Positions 36,100 to 47,389 of a stretch of DNA of 64,000 bases are shown one piece after another (positions within the stretch are counted from its first letter, which is position 1; the number at the start of each line of letters is the position of its first letter). The notes beneath the pieces were generated by a model that did not search any database, had not been told where the DNA came from, and was given only the letters and a program-made list of their open reading frames with translations. The position numbers and the translations under genes are program-made. The DNA is from a virus: the UHGV virus genome UHGV-0091695. One strand, written 5' to 3'.

Positions 36100-36368
36100 A
36101 CTATCAGGAAGTATTAAACCAAGTGGCTAATAAACTGAATATACCAGTAGAGGTAGTTAAAGAAGCTTATGAGTCATATTGGGAGTACATAAGAAATACC
36201 ATATCAAAACTACCACTTAAGGAAGACCTTAGTGAGGAGGAGTTTAATAAGCTTAGAACAAACTTTAATGTTCCAAGTATAGGAAAATTGGCTTGTCCTT
36301 ATGATAGATATAAGGCTATTAAAGACAGGTATAAACATACAAAGAAGCTAAGAGATGTTAAAGATTAA
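36096..36368 (+). CDS. HU/IHF-like protein
   Basis: LNQVANKLNIPVEVVKE...FNVPSIGKL. Confidence 0.55.
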   Translation: MNYQEVLNQVANKLNIPVEVVKEAYESYWEYIRNTISKLPLKEDLSEEEFNKLRTNFNVPSIGKLACPYDRYKAIKDRYKHTKKLRDVKD

Positions 36369-36762
36369 CAAAATAAAGCCATTGTTTAACAGACTTCTTG
36401 TTACTGCTGATAAGTATGAGAAAGATGTAGTAAAAGGAGGAGTAGTAGTCATTACTGCTGGTACTCTGAAGGAGTACCAAAAGGTACTGTCAGTTGGTTC
36501 TACAGTAAGAGATATTAAGAAAGGTGATACAGTACTTATCAATCCTACAAGATATGCAGTTAGAAAGCACAATGCTGGTACACTTAAGGATGGGATTATT
36601 ACAGATAATCCAGTAACTTCCTATAATTTCAATCTAGTGGAAGTAGGGGGTGAGGTTTGTATACTGCTATATGACCAAGATATTGACTATGTGATTGAGG
36701 AAAGTGAGGAGATTCCTGATGAGTCTCTTATACTGCCCAATAATAAGATAATTGTTAACTAG
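36355..36762 (+). CDS. GroES/Cpn10-like co-chaperonin
   Basis: IKPLFNRLLV, VLSVGS..DIKKGDTV and LLYDQDI motifs. Confidence 0.85.
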   Translation: MLKINKIKPLFNRLLVTADKYEKDVVKGGVVVITAGTLKEYQKVLSVGSTVRDIKKGDTVLINPTRYAVRKHNAGTLKDGIITDNPVTSYNFNLVEVGGEVCILLYDQDIDYVIEESEEIPDESLILPNNKIIVN

Positions 36763-36766
36763 GATA

Positions 36767-36796
36767 GAGCCTAGCCTTTTTAGGCTGGGCTTTTTT
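36767..36796 (+). terminator. Intrinsic terminator
   Basis: GAGCCTAGCCT-loop-AGGCTGGGCTT followed by a T run. Confidence 0.8.
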
Positions 36797-36811
36797 ATTA
36801 TAGTATTGCTT

Positions 36812-37345
36812 ATGAGATTGTTTAGATATGAAGGATATACTCTGAATATTTCAGAGGAGGCTCTGGCACTCAAACCATTCAGAGCTATATGGGTTAGAGA
36901 TAAAACAGAGAAAAAAGAAAGAGCTATAATGGAATTAGGATGGGTATATTTCATGAGCGATCCTAGAAGTGACTATCAATTTATCATAGACCCTGAAGAA
37001 AGAAGTAAAGCTATCAAGGAAGGTGAAGGACTTAAAGCAAGCTGGCAACCTGATGGAACTGTCAAGGAAGCTTTGGAGTTATATGATTCCTTTAAGACAA
37101 CTTCAGCATTACTTCTTGAAGATATAAGAGCAATGGTTGATGGTTACAGAGTTAAATTAAGAGATATGACCTCTAATATGCAGAATTTAGATGTAAAAGG
37201 GGTTAAGGAAATAGGAGCTATAATCAAGCAAATACCAGCTATGATTAAAGACCTTGATGAAGTTGAGAAGGCTATTACTAAGGAGATTACCCAAAGTGAT
37301 AAGGTAAGAGGAGCGGCTGAGAAATCAATTTATGAGGATCTCTGA
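36812..37345 (+). CDS. Conserved protein upstream of TerL (possible terminase small subunit)
   Basis: Start moved to MRLFRYEG after the terminator; position. Confidence 0.55.
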   Translation: MRLFRYEGYTLNISEEALALKPFRAIWVRDKTEKKERAIMELGWVYFMSDPRSDYQFIIDPEERSKAIKEGEGLKASWQPDGTVKEALELYDSFKTTSALLLEDIRAMVDGYRVKLRDMTSNMQNLDVKGVKEIGAIIKQIPAMIKDLDEVEKAITKEITQSDKVRGAAEKSIYEDL

Positions 37346-37373
37346 TTCTTTGATATATTAAGTATAAATAATT

Positions 37374-37709
37374 ATGAATGCAGTAGGAATAGTAGAAGCA
37401 CTCAACAAGAAGTTTGAGTCTGATGGATGTAAGAAAGGTGTCCAATTTATATTACATAAGAAGATAAGTGCCAACAGCACTATGAAAGCATATAAGGAGT
37501 ATGACTATACTCTATGGTACATCAATGAAGGAAAGAAGTACCAAGTTACCAGAATAGTACATATAGCTAGAGTAGTTACTGAAAAGGAAGAAGAGAATAT
37601 TGTCAATTATATGGAAGAAGCTCTACTTATGAGAGTATTCTCAATCCTTCAGGACAGTGTTAATTTAAAGTCAATGTTGGATGGAAGCTTTACAGGATAT
37701 GGAATATAA
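37374..37709 (+). CDS. Hypothetical protein
   Basis: ORF track. Confidence 0.65.
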   Translation: MNAVGIVEALNKKFESDGCKKGVQFILHKKISANSTMKAYKEYDYTLWYINEGKKYQVTRIVHIARVVTEKEEENIVNYMEEALLMRVFSILQDSVNLKSMLDGSFTGYGI

Positions 37710-39972
37710 GAGCAGGGTACTTATTGAGACAAACAAGTATCAGACTCCAGTAACTCAGGAATTGCTTGGCAGCTTACCCCCTGAAGTAGCTGAGCAGCTC
37801 ATGGATTGTCTTACTAATATAGAGTTTATCAGGAGGTTAATATCTCCTGGTAGACCTTATTATAAAGACCTTCCTAGAGATGAGAGAGGTGCAGCCATAG
37901 TTGATATAACCAATCCCCCTATAATTGAAGATGCAGATTATTTCAGGCAACCAGCACTTCACTTCATGAAGCATGGATGCTACACCTTTCTCAGACCTAA
38001 CAGTAACCCTAACTCTGAATACAGGAAATTCTGGGATGAGGAGAAAAGAAGATGCTATGAGGGTCTGATAAGACCATCTGACGGAGCTTGGATTTCAGGA
38101 TATAACTACTGGTTTCTGAACTACCAGCCAATGATGGTCAATAGGATTACTGAGGGCAGGAAGAAGGCTATAAGAACTGAGGCTTTCCCATTTGTTCAGG
38201 AAGGTAATATATGGAGGTTTTATTATCTCTATAATGCCAGAGAGCAGGGTCATCATGCCATAGAGCTGGCTAAGAGAGGATGTGCCAAGTCATATTCACT
38301 GTCAGCAGTGATGGGGCATAACCTTATATTAGGGGAATCTGAAGAGTCAAACCATAGAGTTATTACAGTACTTACAGCTTATCAGAAGGAGTTCCTTAGT
38401 GATGATAAGGATGGTACTCTAAGTAAGTTCAAACCTGCTATTAACTTTAGCTTTGCCAATACTCCATTTCCTCATCTTATGCTTAAGAACTCTCCTAATG
38501 AGATGTCTTGGCAGATGGGTTATAAGGATGAGTATGGAGTTGAAAGAGGTTCACTAAATCAGGTATTGGCTGTATCTGCTAAGGATGACAGTGAGAAGCT
38601 AAGAGGTAAGAGAGGTTGGATTCTTATTGAGGAGATGGGTTCATTCAAGGGACTATTGTCCCTATATGATATTACAAGAAAGTCAGTAGAAGATGGTGAC
38701 TATACCTTTGCTACTATGTACCTAGTGGGTACTGCTGCTGAGTCTGAGTCTGACTTTAGTTCAGCTAAGACTTTGCTGTATAACCCAGAATCTTATAATA
38801 TACTTTCAGTAGAGAATGTCTATGACAGACCTAAACAGGGTAAACCTACTTTTGGCTATTTCTTCCCCTCTTATATAAATAGGGCAGGGTGCTATAACAA
38901 TGATGGAGTATCTGATATAGTCAAGGCACTTATTGAGATACTTATGGCTAGATATAAAACTAAGCTCTCTTCAGACCCCAAGTCAGTACTTAGAATTATA
39001 GCTGAGGACCCTATTACCCCAGCAGAGGCTATTATTAAGGTAAAGTCAGCATTCTTCCCTGTAACAGCATTGACTGAAAGATTGCAGCAGCTTGACATTG
39101 ACCCTCATACCTATGATGATGTATATGTAGGACAACTGGCTTTCAATAAGGGTAATCAGGTAGAGTTCAAGCCTACTAATGATGAGCCTATCAGGAAATA
39201 TGGAGTGGAGAATGATACTCCTGGTGCTATAGAGATATTTGCTATGCCTGAGAAAGATAGGTCTGGCAAGATACCTGATACAAGGTATATTATAGGGCAT
39301 GACCCTGTAGACAATGATGCTGCTGAGTCATCTTCACTTACATCTACATTTGTACTGGACTTATGGACAGATACTATAGTAGCTGAATATACAGGAAGAC
39401 ATAGTATAGCTAATGAGAACTATGAGATAGTCAGGATGTTATGCCTATTCTATAATGCAAAGTGTCTGTATGAATCTAATAAGAAAGGTCTTTATGCTTA
39501 CTTTGCACAGATGAGCAGCACTCATTTATTAGCTGATACACCTGAGTACCTGAGGGATAAGCAGCTTATCAAATATAGCAGAATGGGTAGTAACCAAAAA
39601 GGTGTCAATGCTTCAGCAGCTATAAATAACTATGCTAATGGTCTTATAAGGGATTGGTTGCTTAAGCCAGTCAATATTATAACCAAGAATGATGAGGGTG
39701 AAGAGATAGAGGCTACAGTTCCTAGTCTATATAGGATAAGAAACAGGGCATTGCTTGAAGAGCTTATAGCATTTAATCCTGAGATAAATGTGGATAGAGT
39801 AAGAGCTTTAGGCATGGTTATGCTGTATAGGGAGGAAAAGATGATTCTCTATCAGGGCAAGCCTTCTAGTGAGAGTGATAAAGTGCCTAAGGACTACTTG
39901 GGTAATGACCCTTTCTTCCAGTCATTTGAGAGGAAGGACAGTAAATTTAGTAAAGAACTCAGCAGGTGGTAA
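37681..39972 (+). CDS. terL: Terminase large subunit
   Basis: AKRGCAKS Walker A, LRGKRG, ILIEEMG, LVGTA and nuclease GHDPVD...YESN motifs. Confidence 0.92.
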   Translation: MEALQDMEYKSRVLIETNKYQTPVTQELLGSLPPEVAEQLMDCLTNIEFIRRLISPGRPYYKDLPRDERGAAIVDITNPPIIEDADYFRQPALHFMKHGCYTFLRPNSNPNSEYRKFWDEEKRRCYEGLIRPSDGAWISGYNYWFLNYQPMMVNRITEGRKKAIRTEAFPFVQEGNIWRFYYLYNAREQGHHAIELAKRGCAKSYSLSAVMGHNLILGESEESNHRVITVLTAYQKEFLSDDKDGTLSKFKPAINFSFANTPFPHLMLKNSPNEMSWQMGYKDEYGVERGSLNQVLAVSAKDDSEKLRGKRGWILIEEMGSFKGLLSLYDITRKSVEDGDYTFATMYLVGTAAESESDFSSAKTLLYNPESYNILSVENVYDRPKQGKPTFGYFFPSYINRAGCYNNDGVSDIVKALIEILMARYKTKLSSDPKSVLRIIAEDPITPAEAIIKVKSAFFPVTALTERLQQLDIDPHTYDDVYVGQLAFNKGNQVEFKPTNDEPIRKYGVENDTPGAIEIFAMPEKDRSGKIPDTRYIIGHDPVDNDAAESSSLTSTFVLDLWTDTIVAEYTGRHSIANENYEIVRMLCLFYNAKCLYESNKKGLYAYFAQMSSTHLLADTPEYLRDKQLIKYSRMGSNQKGVNASAAINNYANGLIRDWLLKPVNIITKNDEGEEIEATVPSLYRIRNRALLEELIAFNPEINVDRVRALGMVMLYREEKMILYQGKPSSESDKVPKDYLGNDPFFQSFERKDSKFSKELSRW

Positions 39973-39988
39973 TTATTTCACTTATTTA

Positions 39989-40020
39989 CTTGTAGATGCT
40001 ATATATTTAGCTTAACTTTG
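39989..40020 (+). promoter_or_regulatory. Promoter upstream of the portal gene
   Basis: CTTG-N20-TAACTTTG. Confidence 0.7.
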
Positions 40021-40045
40021 CATGAAAATATTAGAAATATAGAAT

Positions 40046-42472
40046 ATGGCAACAGAATGGAATTTTCCAAGACAGATGCTTTCTTTCAAAGCTAAAACAA
40101 AGGAGTGGAGGAAGAGCCATCTGTTGTGGGCAAACACTAAGACTTTCTTCAACTTTGCTCCTATCAGGAGAAGTATGAGGCATAAGATGATTAACTATGA
40201 CTTACTACAAGGTCGCTTACACATGGAAGACTTGCAGATGATTCTCAATCCAGATCATGTTGAAGCTGCCTTTATTCCTGATAAAATCCAGCATTATCCT
40301 ATAATGAACAGTAAGCTGGATGTACTTAGAGGTGAAGAGAACAAGAGAGTATTTGACTTTAAGGTAGTTGTAACTAACCCTAACTCAATATCTGAAATAG
40401 AGAACAATAAGAAGAATGCTCTGCTTCAGGACCTTCAGCAGTTGATAGCTGATACTTCAATGAGTGAGGATGAGTTCAATCAGAGGTTAGAGAAGCTTAA
40501 TGACTACTATATGTATGAGTGGCAGGATACAAGGGAGATAAGAGCTAATGCTCTGTTAAACCATTATATCAAGGAATATAATATGCCAGTCATATTCAAT
40601 CAAGGGTTCATGGATGCTATGGCTGTAGGTGAAGAGATTTACCAATGTGATATAGTAGGAGGTGAACCAGTGATTGAAAGGATAAACCCTCTTAAGATAA
40701 GAGTATTCAGGTCTGGATATAGCAATAGGATAGAAGATGCTGATATTATTATCCTAGAGGATTACTGGAATCCTGGTAGAGTTATTGATGCTTATTATGA
40801 TGTACTCAAGCCTAAGGATATAGAGTATTTGGAGAACCTTCCTGACCATCTTGGTCAAGCTGTCACTGATAATATGGACAACATTGATGAAAGATATGGA
40901 TTTGTCAATGCAAGCATGATAGGTGATGATATAACAGCAGTTGATGGTTCTTACTACTTTGACCCAGCTAACTTGTTTAATGGTGACATCACTTCATCAC
41001 TTCTTCCTTATGACCTAGCAGGTAATGTCAGGGTTTTAAGGATGTACTGGAAGTCAAAGAGAGCTATACTCAAGGTTAAATCCTATGACCCAGAGACAGG
41101 TGAAGAGGTCTATAACTTCTTCCCTGAGAACTATATAGTAGATAAGGATAGAGGTGAGGAAGCTGAGAGGTTCTGGATAAATGAGGCTTGGGAAGGTACT
41201 ATGATAGGTGATGTCAAGGATGGCATCTTTGTAAATATGAGACCTAGACTGATACAGTATAATAGGTTAAGCAATCCTTCAAGATGCCACTTTGGTATTA
41301 TAGGTTCTATTTATAACCTCAATGATACAAGACCTTTCTCGCTAGTTGACAAGATGAAGCCTTATAATTATCTGTATGATGTGATACATGACAGGTTGAA
41401 TAAGGCTATAGCTAACAACTGGGGTGACATCCTTGAGATGGACTTGAGTAAAGTACCTAAGGGATGGACTATTGAGAAATGGATTTACTATGCTAAGATT
41501 AACCATTTGGCTGTTATAGATTCCTTCAAGGAAGGTACTATGGGAGCCTCAACTGGCAAGCTTGCAGGTGCTCTTAATAATGCTGGTAAGGGTATGATTA
41601 GTACCAATATTGGTAACTATATACAACAGCAAATCAATCTTCTTGAGTTCATCAAAATGGAGATGGCTGAGGTTGCTGGTATTACCAAGCAGAGGGAAGG
41701 TCAGGTAAGTAATAGGGAAACTGTAGGAGGTGTTGAAAGGGCTACTCTTCAATCATCACATATAACAGAATGGCTGTTCATGATACATGATGATGTTAAG
41801 AGAAGAGCTTTGGAATGCTTCCTTGAAACAGCTAAGATAGCTCTTAAGGGAAGGAGCAAGAAGTTCCAGTATATCCTTTCTGATGCCTCTCTAAGGGTTA
41901 TGGATGTAGATGGTGATGAGTTTGCTGAGAGTGACTATGGCCTTGTAGTGGATAATAGCAATGGTACTCAGGAGCTACAACAGCAGCTTGATACATTGGC
42001 ACAGGCAGCCCTACAGACACAGACACTGTCATTCTCTACTATTACTAAGCTATATACCTCATCTTCATTAGCTGAAAAGCAAAGATTAATAGAGAAGGAT
42101 GAGAAAGCTATACAAGAGAGACAAGCTCAAGCACAGCAACAGCAACTTAAGACTCAGCAACAGATAGCCCAAATGCAAACTGAACAGAAGCAGGCTGAGC
42201 TGCAACAGAAGGAGCAGGCTAATATAAGAGATAATGAGACAAGGATATTAGTAGCTCAAATATCAGCTCAAGCTAGGAACACTGACCCTGAAGGTGATGG
42301 TATAGCTCCTGAAGAGTATAGTCAGAAAGCTAAGGATAAACTGGCAGAGCAGATAAGGGAATTTGATGAGAAGATGAGGCTTGAATGGGCTAAGCATAAA
42401 GAGACACAAGCTAAGAATGCTGAGCTTAAGCAAAAGCAAATAGACAAACCAAGAACAACAACTACAAAGTGA
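40046..42472 (+). CDS. Portal protein
   Basis: 808 aa after TerL; Q-rich C-terminal coiled coil; crAss-type N-terminus FPRQ...K.K.W. Confidence 0.88.
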   Translation: MATEWNFPRQMLSFKAKTKEWRKSHLLWANTKTFFNFAPIRRSMRHKMINYDLLQGRLHMEDLQMILNPDHVEAAFIPDKIQHYPIMNSKLDVLRGEENKRVFDFKVVVTNPNSISEIENNKKNALLQDLQQLIADTSMSEDEFNQRLEKLNDYYMYEWQDTREIRANALLNHYIKEYNMPVIFNQGFMDAMAVGEEIYQCDIVGGEPVIERINPLKIRVFRSGYSNRIEDADIIILEDYWNPGRVIDAYYDVLKPKDIEYLENLPDHLGQAVTDNMDNIDERYGFVNASMIGDDITAVDGSYYFDPANLFNGDITSSLLPYDLAGNVRVLRMYWKSKRAILKVKSYDPETGEEVYNFFPENYIVDKDRGEEAERFWINEAWEGTMIGDVKDGIFVNMRPRLIQYNRLSNPSRCHFGIIGSIYNLNDTRPFSLVDKMKPYNYLYDVIHDRLNKAIANNWGDILEMDLSKVPKGWTIEKWIYYAKINHLAVIDSFKEGTMGASTGKLAGALNNAGKGMISTNIGNYIQQQINLLEFIKMEMAEVAGITKQREGQVSNRETVGGVERATLQSSHITEWLFMIHDDVKRRALECFLETAKIALKGRSKKFQYILSDASLRVMDVDGDEFAESDYGLVVDNSNGTQELQQQLDTLAQAALQTQTLSFSTITKLYTSSSLAEKQRLIEKDEKAIQERQAQAQQQQLKTQQQIAQMQTEQKQAELQQKEQANIRDNETRILVAQISAQARNTDPEGDGIAPEEYSQKAKDKLAEQIREFDEKMRLEWAKHKETQAKNAELKQKQIDKPRTTTTK

Positions 42473-42473
42473 T

Positions 42474-42857
42474 ATGAGAATATTTAATAGAATAATACAG
42501 GATTCAAAAGCTCCTAATACCTTTGACTTGTGGATTGACAAAGGGAGGCTGAAGTACTTTAATGGAGGTTGGAAAGACTTAGGAGGTAGTGAACAGGTAT
42601 CATGGAATGATATACAAGGAAAACCAAATCTATCAGCAGTAGCCACATCAGGTAGCTATAATGACTTAAGTAATAAACCTACTATTCCTCCAGCTTATTC
42701 ACTTCCTAATGCTTCTGCTTCTACAAGAGGAGGAGTATTGAGGGCTGCTGCTGTAGCTGATACTGATGCTACAGGGGCTGCTACTGCACAGAGTGTTGCA
42801 ACTACTCTTAATACTCTATTAGCTTCGCTTAGGGCTAGTGGTACAATACAATCTTAA
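42474..42857 (+). CDS. Head fibre-like protein
   Basis: SGSYNDL..KP repeat; LP.AS...RGGV and LNTLLASLRASG head-fibre-type ending. Confidence 0.65.
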   Translation: MRIFNRIIQDSKAPNTFDLWIDKGRLKYFNGGWKDLGGSEQVSWNDIQGKPNLSAVATSGSYNDLSNKPTIPPAYSLPNASASTRGGVLRAAAVADTDATGAATAQSVATTLNTLLASLRASGTIQS

Positions 42858-42869
42858 TAACTTAGAGGT

Positions 42870-43469
42870 ATGTTTACAAGTAATCAAATAGAGGAAATAA
42901 GAAAAAAGCTACAGTTAGGGGGAATTAAGGATACTCAATTCCCCCAAGCTTCTCCCATTGATGGAACTGAAACTATAGCCATAGTGCAACAAGGAGAGAA
43001 CAGGCAATTAAATCTCAAGACCCTTATAGAGAGTGTAGAAAGTTCTACTTCATCTGATTTTACAAACTTATCTAAAGGTGGTGGAGGTTCCTATACTTTA
43101 GAGGAAGCTCTTGATTTAGTAAATCCTATTAATAGAAAGCTAGGGCAGGTTATTACTTTCTTAGATAGTAATACTAATAGTTGGGTAATCTATCAATTCA
43201 AAGGGGATTCAATTGAAGACTGGTCTGACAGTTCTATGTGGGAGAATGTTCTTACAGGAACAGGTACTTCTGGAGAATATGCAGATAAGTTTGATGCTGT
43301 ATATGGAGATAATGTAGAGGAGACAGAAGTTCATGTTGATTTAGTATATGCAGATAGAGCCACTAAGGATGCTTTAGGAAATACTATTCATGATACTTAT
43401 GTTACCAAGGAGGGTCTTACCAATGCTATTATAGAGGAAGTAAAGAAACAATTAGCTACCCTTGGTTAG
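42870..43469 (+). CDS. Virion fibre/adaptor protein
   Basis: RKLGQVITF...YQFKG...W module; context. Confidence 0.55.
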   Translation: MFTSNQIEEIRKKLQLGGIKDTQFPQASPIDGTETIAIVQQGENRQLNLKTLIESVESSTSSDFTNLSKGGGGSYTLEEALDLVNPINRKLGQVITFLDSNTNSWVIYQFKGDSIEDWSDSSMWENVLTGTGTSGEYADKFDAVYGDNVEETEVHVDLVYADRATKDALGNTIHDTYVTKEGLTNAIIEEVKKQLATLG

Positions 43470-43489
43470 GAAATTTTAAACTATTTATT

Positions 43490-46288
43490 ATGGCTAACAT
43501 TAATAATCTTAAAATAGGAGCTGATAATCCAGATGCTATAATGTTTAATACCTATTATGCTCCATCTGCTAATCAAGGGGTAACATTTTCAGAACTTATT
43601 CCTAAAAATAATGATGACATTAACCCTTCTCCTGAGGGAACTTGGGAAATTAATAATGGATGGGAAGTTACCTTTGTCTCTTCTCGTATAATGAGAATTG
43701 ATAAGTTTAAGATTGACACTTGGGGTATAAGGCATAAAGTAAAGACAGGAACAGGTAATGCTAGCCTTTATACTAATATATCTGTTAAAGTAGAGGGTCT
43801 TTCCTATGTCAATCAAAATATCATAAAGGCAACTCCTAATTCTGAGGATGTAACAGGATTTGTCAATGCCTATAGTGGAACATCAGGTTATATAGTTGAA
43901 TGGTTCCCAGGCCAGAATACTTCAGGAAGATATGTTAAAGGTCTAGTTATTCAAGGCCAGATGTGTTATTCAGACCCCTGGAATACTTCTAGGGATAATA
44001 GCTATGCAATGGGTAGAGCTCCTTGGGAAATTAATGCTTCACGTGATTGTATGGTTGCTGATGGAACAAGACCTTCAGGATTTATGGGAGGTGGAGGATA
44101 TGCAGCTATATGTATAGGTTTGTTTGGAGGCTGCCAATCTGCTACATCTGTCAATGATACTTCTAATGGAGCCTATAAAGTCTATGATATATCTGACCAC
44201 CCTATTTATATTTATCTAGATGTACCTGATTTAACAAAGCCCATAGATGTTTCCTCTCAAGAGTGCTGGGATGTATATGCTGGTGATACACAAACATACC
44301 ATAAAGATAGAACTGCTGAAAATTGTTGGAAAAAGTTTGGAATGATTACTGAGGTGAACTTAGAGTTTGGCTCCGAGACTGAACTAGAAGTTGCAAATAA
44401 AGCATACAGAATGGACATGGCAGGTATCCCTTCTAAAGTTACTAAGCCTATTCTTCCAAATATAGTAGACCTAGAAGAGCACATCCTTCCTAAGAATACT
44501 GATAATGGTAAACTTATCGTTTGGAGGCATACTATTGCAAATACTGAGTTTTGGGATAACATAAAACAATATCTGCTGACACATCCAGTTATTCGTATTG
44601 AACCAATATTGCAGGAAACAGAAAATCAATCTAAGTACACTTATGCTGATAACAATCATCTAGCAATAAATTATAAATGGTTTGCTGGCTCTGGCATTAC
44701 AGGTGATTTGACAATTAAGTTTGATGGGCACTTCTCTAATCAATATATGCCTAATTGTTTTAATGGTTGTAATATTGATACATTAACACTTCAATTCCTG
44801 CAAGACAATCTTAAAATAAGTGTCACTCAGTACTTGTTTAAGCAGTGTACCATCAAGAATATTCAAGTATTAGATAAAGAAGGAAACCCCTCTAGCCAAT
44901 TTTTAGGGGCAAGGGACTGCTCTGGAATGTGTGAATCTAGTAATATTACCTACTTCCCAGATATCATAGACTGGACATTTAGGGCTAGTCTAGCTGGGTA
45001 CTATCAAAATCCAATACAATATGCTTGGTCTTATTGCAACTCACTAACTGAAATTGCTCAGCATGGTGAGGATAGAGAGGGAAATGGCAATACGTTATAT
45101 GTAAGTGGATGTGCTCAGGCTTTTCAATATTGTACAAGCCTTACTAAAATAGGTCCAGTCCTTGATATGGGCAGAGTTAATATGAGTGAGGTAGTTGATT
45201 ATAGATCAGTTGCATATAGAATGTTTCAAGTATGCTACCGCCTATCTGATGCTAGAATCAAGAACCTTAATGGGAGCTATGTTAATTTTGATGATGATGA
45301 CAAACATGGGAGACTACCAGCACTTGATGAAAATTCTGTAAAATATCTTTTCGATAATCTTACAGACTTATCTACTTTTGATGAGAGCACATCAGTTGCA
45401 TCAGTAAACAATAGTTGGCTGTATGCAGACTGGTTATATATCGCTGCTCTTTGGAGTGCAGGATTAGATGAGACTGGAGGAGAGTTGCATCCACGTAGTT
45501 TTGAGGGACTTATTAATGCAAGACGTGTTTCAGGAAATTCAGAAGATAAGTTCTATTATACTACCAAAGCAGTAAATATGACTATAAAAGTAACTGGCCT
45601 ACAGAGTAATGATGAACTAATCTGGAAGGCTGGTAATACCCAAACTACATTATCCAATAATGTTAATACCACTATCACTAATGTAGAGGGAAGTAATGGT
45701 GGTTTTATACTACGCAGAACAGGTTCAAATGTAACTGTAGATGATTATGGACATGGCGTGACTATAACTATTACTAAGCCATATAATGAATCTAATCCCA
45801 AGGCATCTTCTGCACAATTGCATTGCCCTTCTGAGTGGTTTGGAATATTTAATTTAGCTAAGTGGGGAAATATAGAAAGCAATAGAGGTCAAATATCAAG
45901 TAATGTACTGACAGCAACAGGTAGAGTAGTTTCAACTTCTAGTGACAATGTTTGGGTTTCTGTTAACCCTATTACTTCTATTAAATTTAAGGTAGAAGGA
46001 CTAGCTAAAGGAGATACTATTGCTATTGGAAGAGGTAATTTATCTGCTGTTGCCAACAAGTACACAGAAGATGGTACATATACTATTGATAAAGTTGTCT
46101 ATAATACAACAACTAATGCTTGGGCCATTAAATTGTTTAATGATAATACCTCACTGACAGATAAGGTCACAGTAACTATATTACAGGTAAATAATTTCAC
46201 TAATAGAGTTACTTCAGAGATGATTTCTACTGCTAATGCTAAGAACTGGCATATTTATGTTGGTGGAACTGAAAAAAAAATAAATTAA
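43490..46288 (+). CDS. Large putative receptor-binding/fibre protein with BspA/LRR-like segment
   Basis: 932 aa; repeats such as AFQYCTSLT, MFQVCYRL and AWSYCNSLT. Confidence 0.6.
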   Translation: MANINNLKIGADNPDAIMFNTYYAPSANQGVTFSELIPKNNDDINPSPEGTWEINNGWEVTFVSSRIMRIDKFKIDTWGIRHKVKTGTGNASLYTNISVKVEGLSYVNQNIIKATPNSEDVTGFVNAYSGTSGYIVEWFPGQNTSGRYVKGLVIQGQMCYSDPWNTSRDNSYAMGRAPWEINASRDCMVADGTRPSGFMGGGGYAAICIGLFGGCQSATSVNDTSNGAYKVYDISDHPIYIYLDVPDLTKPIDVSSQECWDVYAGDTQTYHKDRTAENCWKKFGMITEVNLEFGSETELEVANKAYRMDMAGIPSKVTKPILPNIVDLEEHILPKNTDNGKLIVWRHTIANTEFWDNIKQYLLTHPVIRIEPILQETENQSKYTYADNNHLAINYKWFAGSGITGDLTIKFDGHFSNQYMPNCFNGCNIDTLTLQFLQDNLKISVTQYLFKQCTIKNIQVLDKEGNPSSQFLGARDCSGMCESSNITYFPDIIDWTFRASLAGYYQNPIQYAWSYCNSLTEIAQHGEDREGNGNTLYVSGCAQAFQYCTSLTKIGPVLDMGRVNMSEVVDYRSVAYRMFQVCYRLSDARIKNLNGSYVNFDDDDKHGRLPALDENSVKYLFDNLTDLSTFDESTSVASVNNSWLYADWLYIAALWSAGLDETGGELHPRSFEGLINARRVSGNSEDKFYYTTKAVNMTIKVTGLQSNDELIWKAGNTQTTLSNNVNTTITNVEGSNGGFILRRTGSNVTVDDYGHGVTITITKPYNESNPKASSAQLHCPSEWFGIFNLAKWGNIESNRGQISSNVLTATGRVVSTSSDNVWVSVNPITSIKFKVEGLAKGDTIAIGRGNLSAVANKYTEDGTYTIDKVVYNTTTNAWAIKLFNDNTSLTDKVTVTILQVNNFTNRVTSEMISTANAKNWHIYVGGTEKKIN

Positions 46289-46300
46289 TTTAGTTTTAAT

Positions 46301-47389
46301 ATGAGTGATATACATAATGCTACTACACTTCAACAGCTGTATAAACTAATTACTGGGGAGGATAGTAATATAGACAAGAAAAATATATACCCCATAAGTA
46401 TAATTCAAGCTATATATAATGGAGTAAATGGTGAGAGATTAGATAATATACTAGGTTCAAACAACTGTCTATGGATAACTTTTAATGGAAGTATAGAAGC
46501 TACCAGACTTAAGGTTGATAGCAGTTATAGAAGAGGTGGACTCATTATTTCCTTTAAGAATTACGATAATATAATATATACCCAAAGGTATATAAACAAT
46601 GCATCTATCTCTGATGATGACTGGAAAGCTAATGCTAATTGGGAAGACTGTTTTATCAGTTTAAATGATAATGAATTTATAAATAAGCTTAAACAATATA
46701 TTTCAGAGTATGTAGATGAAAAACTTGCGGGTATAACAGCTATAGATGTAGATAACTCATTATCATTGGCTTCTGAGAATCCAGTACAGAATAAAGTTAT
46801 CACAGAAGCCCTAAATCGTATTAATAAAGAACTATTCCCATTAACAATTAGTGTTAGTGGAGGAGGCTTATTTGAAAAACGTACTTCTCAGGATATTACT
46901 GTAGAGTGGGTTATTAGAGAAGGAGACTCAACTGTGGTTCCTGATACTCTTAGTGTCAATGATGAGCCCTTGACAACTACTCTATTTAGTAAAGATTTTA
47001 ATGGTGTTACTACTAATACTACCTATGTAGTCAAAGCTACTAAAGATGGCACTACAGTTCAAGGTAGCACATCTGCTACTTTTGTAAACCCATCTTATTT
47101 TGGCCCAGTGGATGCAGGATTTAGTCCTACAGAAGAAGCTATCAAAGGTCTTACTAAGACTATCAAGAGCACTAAGAACTATACAGGCAACACTAGTCTT
47201 ACCTATCAGAAGGTATGCTATGCCTATCCTAAGTCATTTGGAGCCTTGACAGCTATTAAGGATGCCAATAACTTTGATTATATTAATTCCTATACTAGAA
47301 GTGAGCTAACAGTTTGGGATGAGACTTACTATGTTTATGTTCTTACTGATGCTACTACAATTGATAATTTTAGACAAATTTATTCTTAA
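46301..47389 (+). CDS. Virion fibre-associated protein
   Basis: VD..LS..SENPVQNKVI repeat; C-terminal YAYPKSFG.L..IKD.N domain. Confidence 0.6.
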   Translation: MSDIHNATTLQQLYKLITGEDSNIDKKNIYPISIIQAIYNGVNGERLDNILGSNNCLWITFNGSIEATRLKVDSSYRRGGLIISFKNYDNIIYTQRYINNASISDDDWKANANWEDCFISLNDNEFINKLKQYISEYVDEKLAGITAIDVDNSLSLASENPVQNKVITEALNRINKELFPLTISVSGGGLFEKRTSQDITVEWVIREGDSTVVPDTLSVNDEPLTTTLFSKDFNGVTTNTTYVVKATKDGTTVQGSTSATFVNPSYFGPVDAGFSPTEEAIKGLTKTIKSTKNYTGNTSLTYQKVCYAYPKSFGALTAIKDANNFDYINSYTRSELTVWDETYYVYVLTDATTIDNFRQIYS

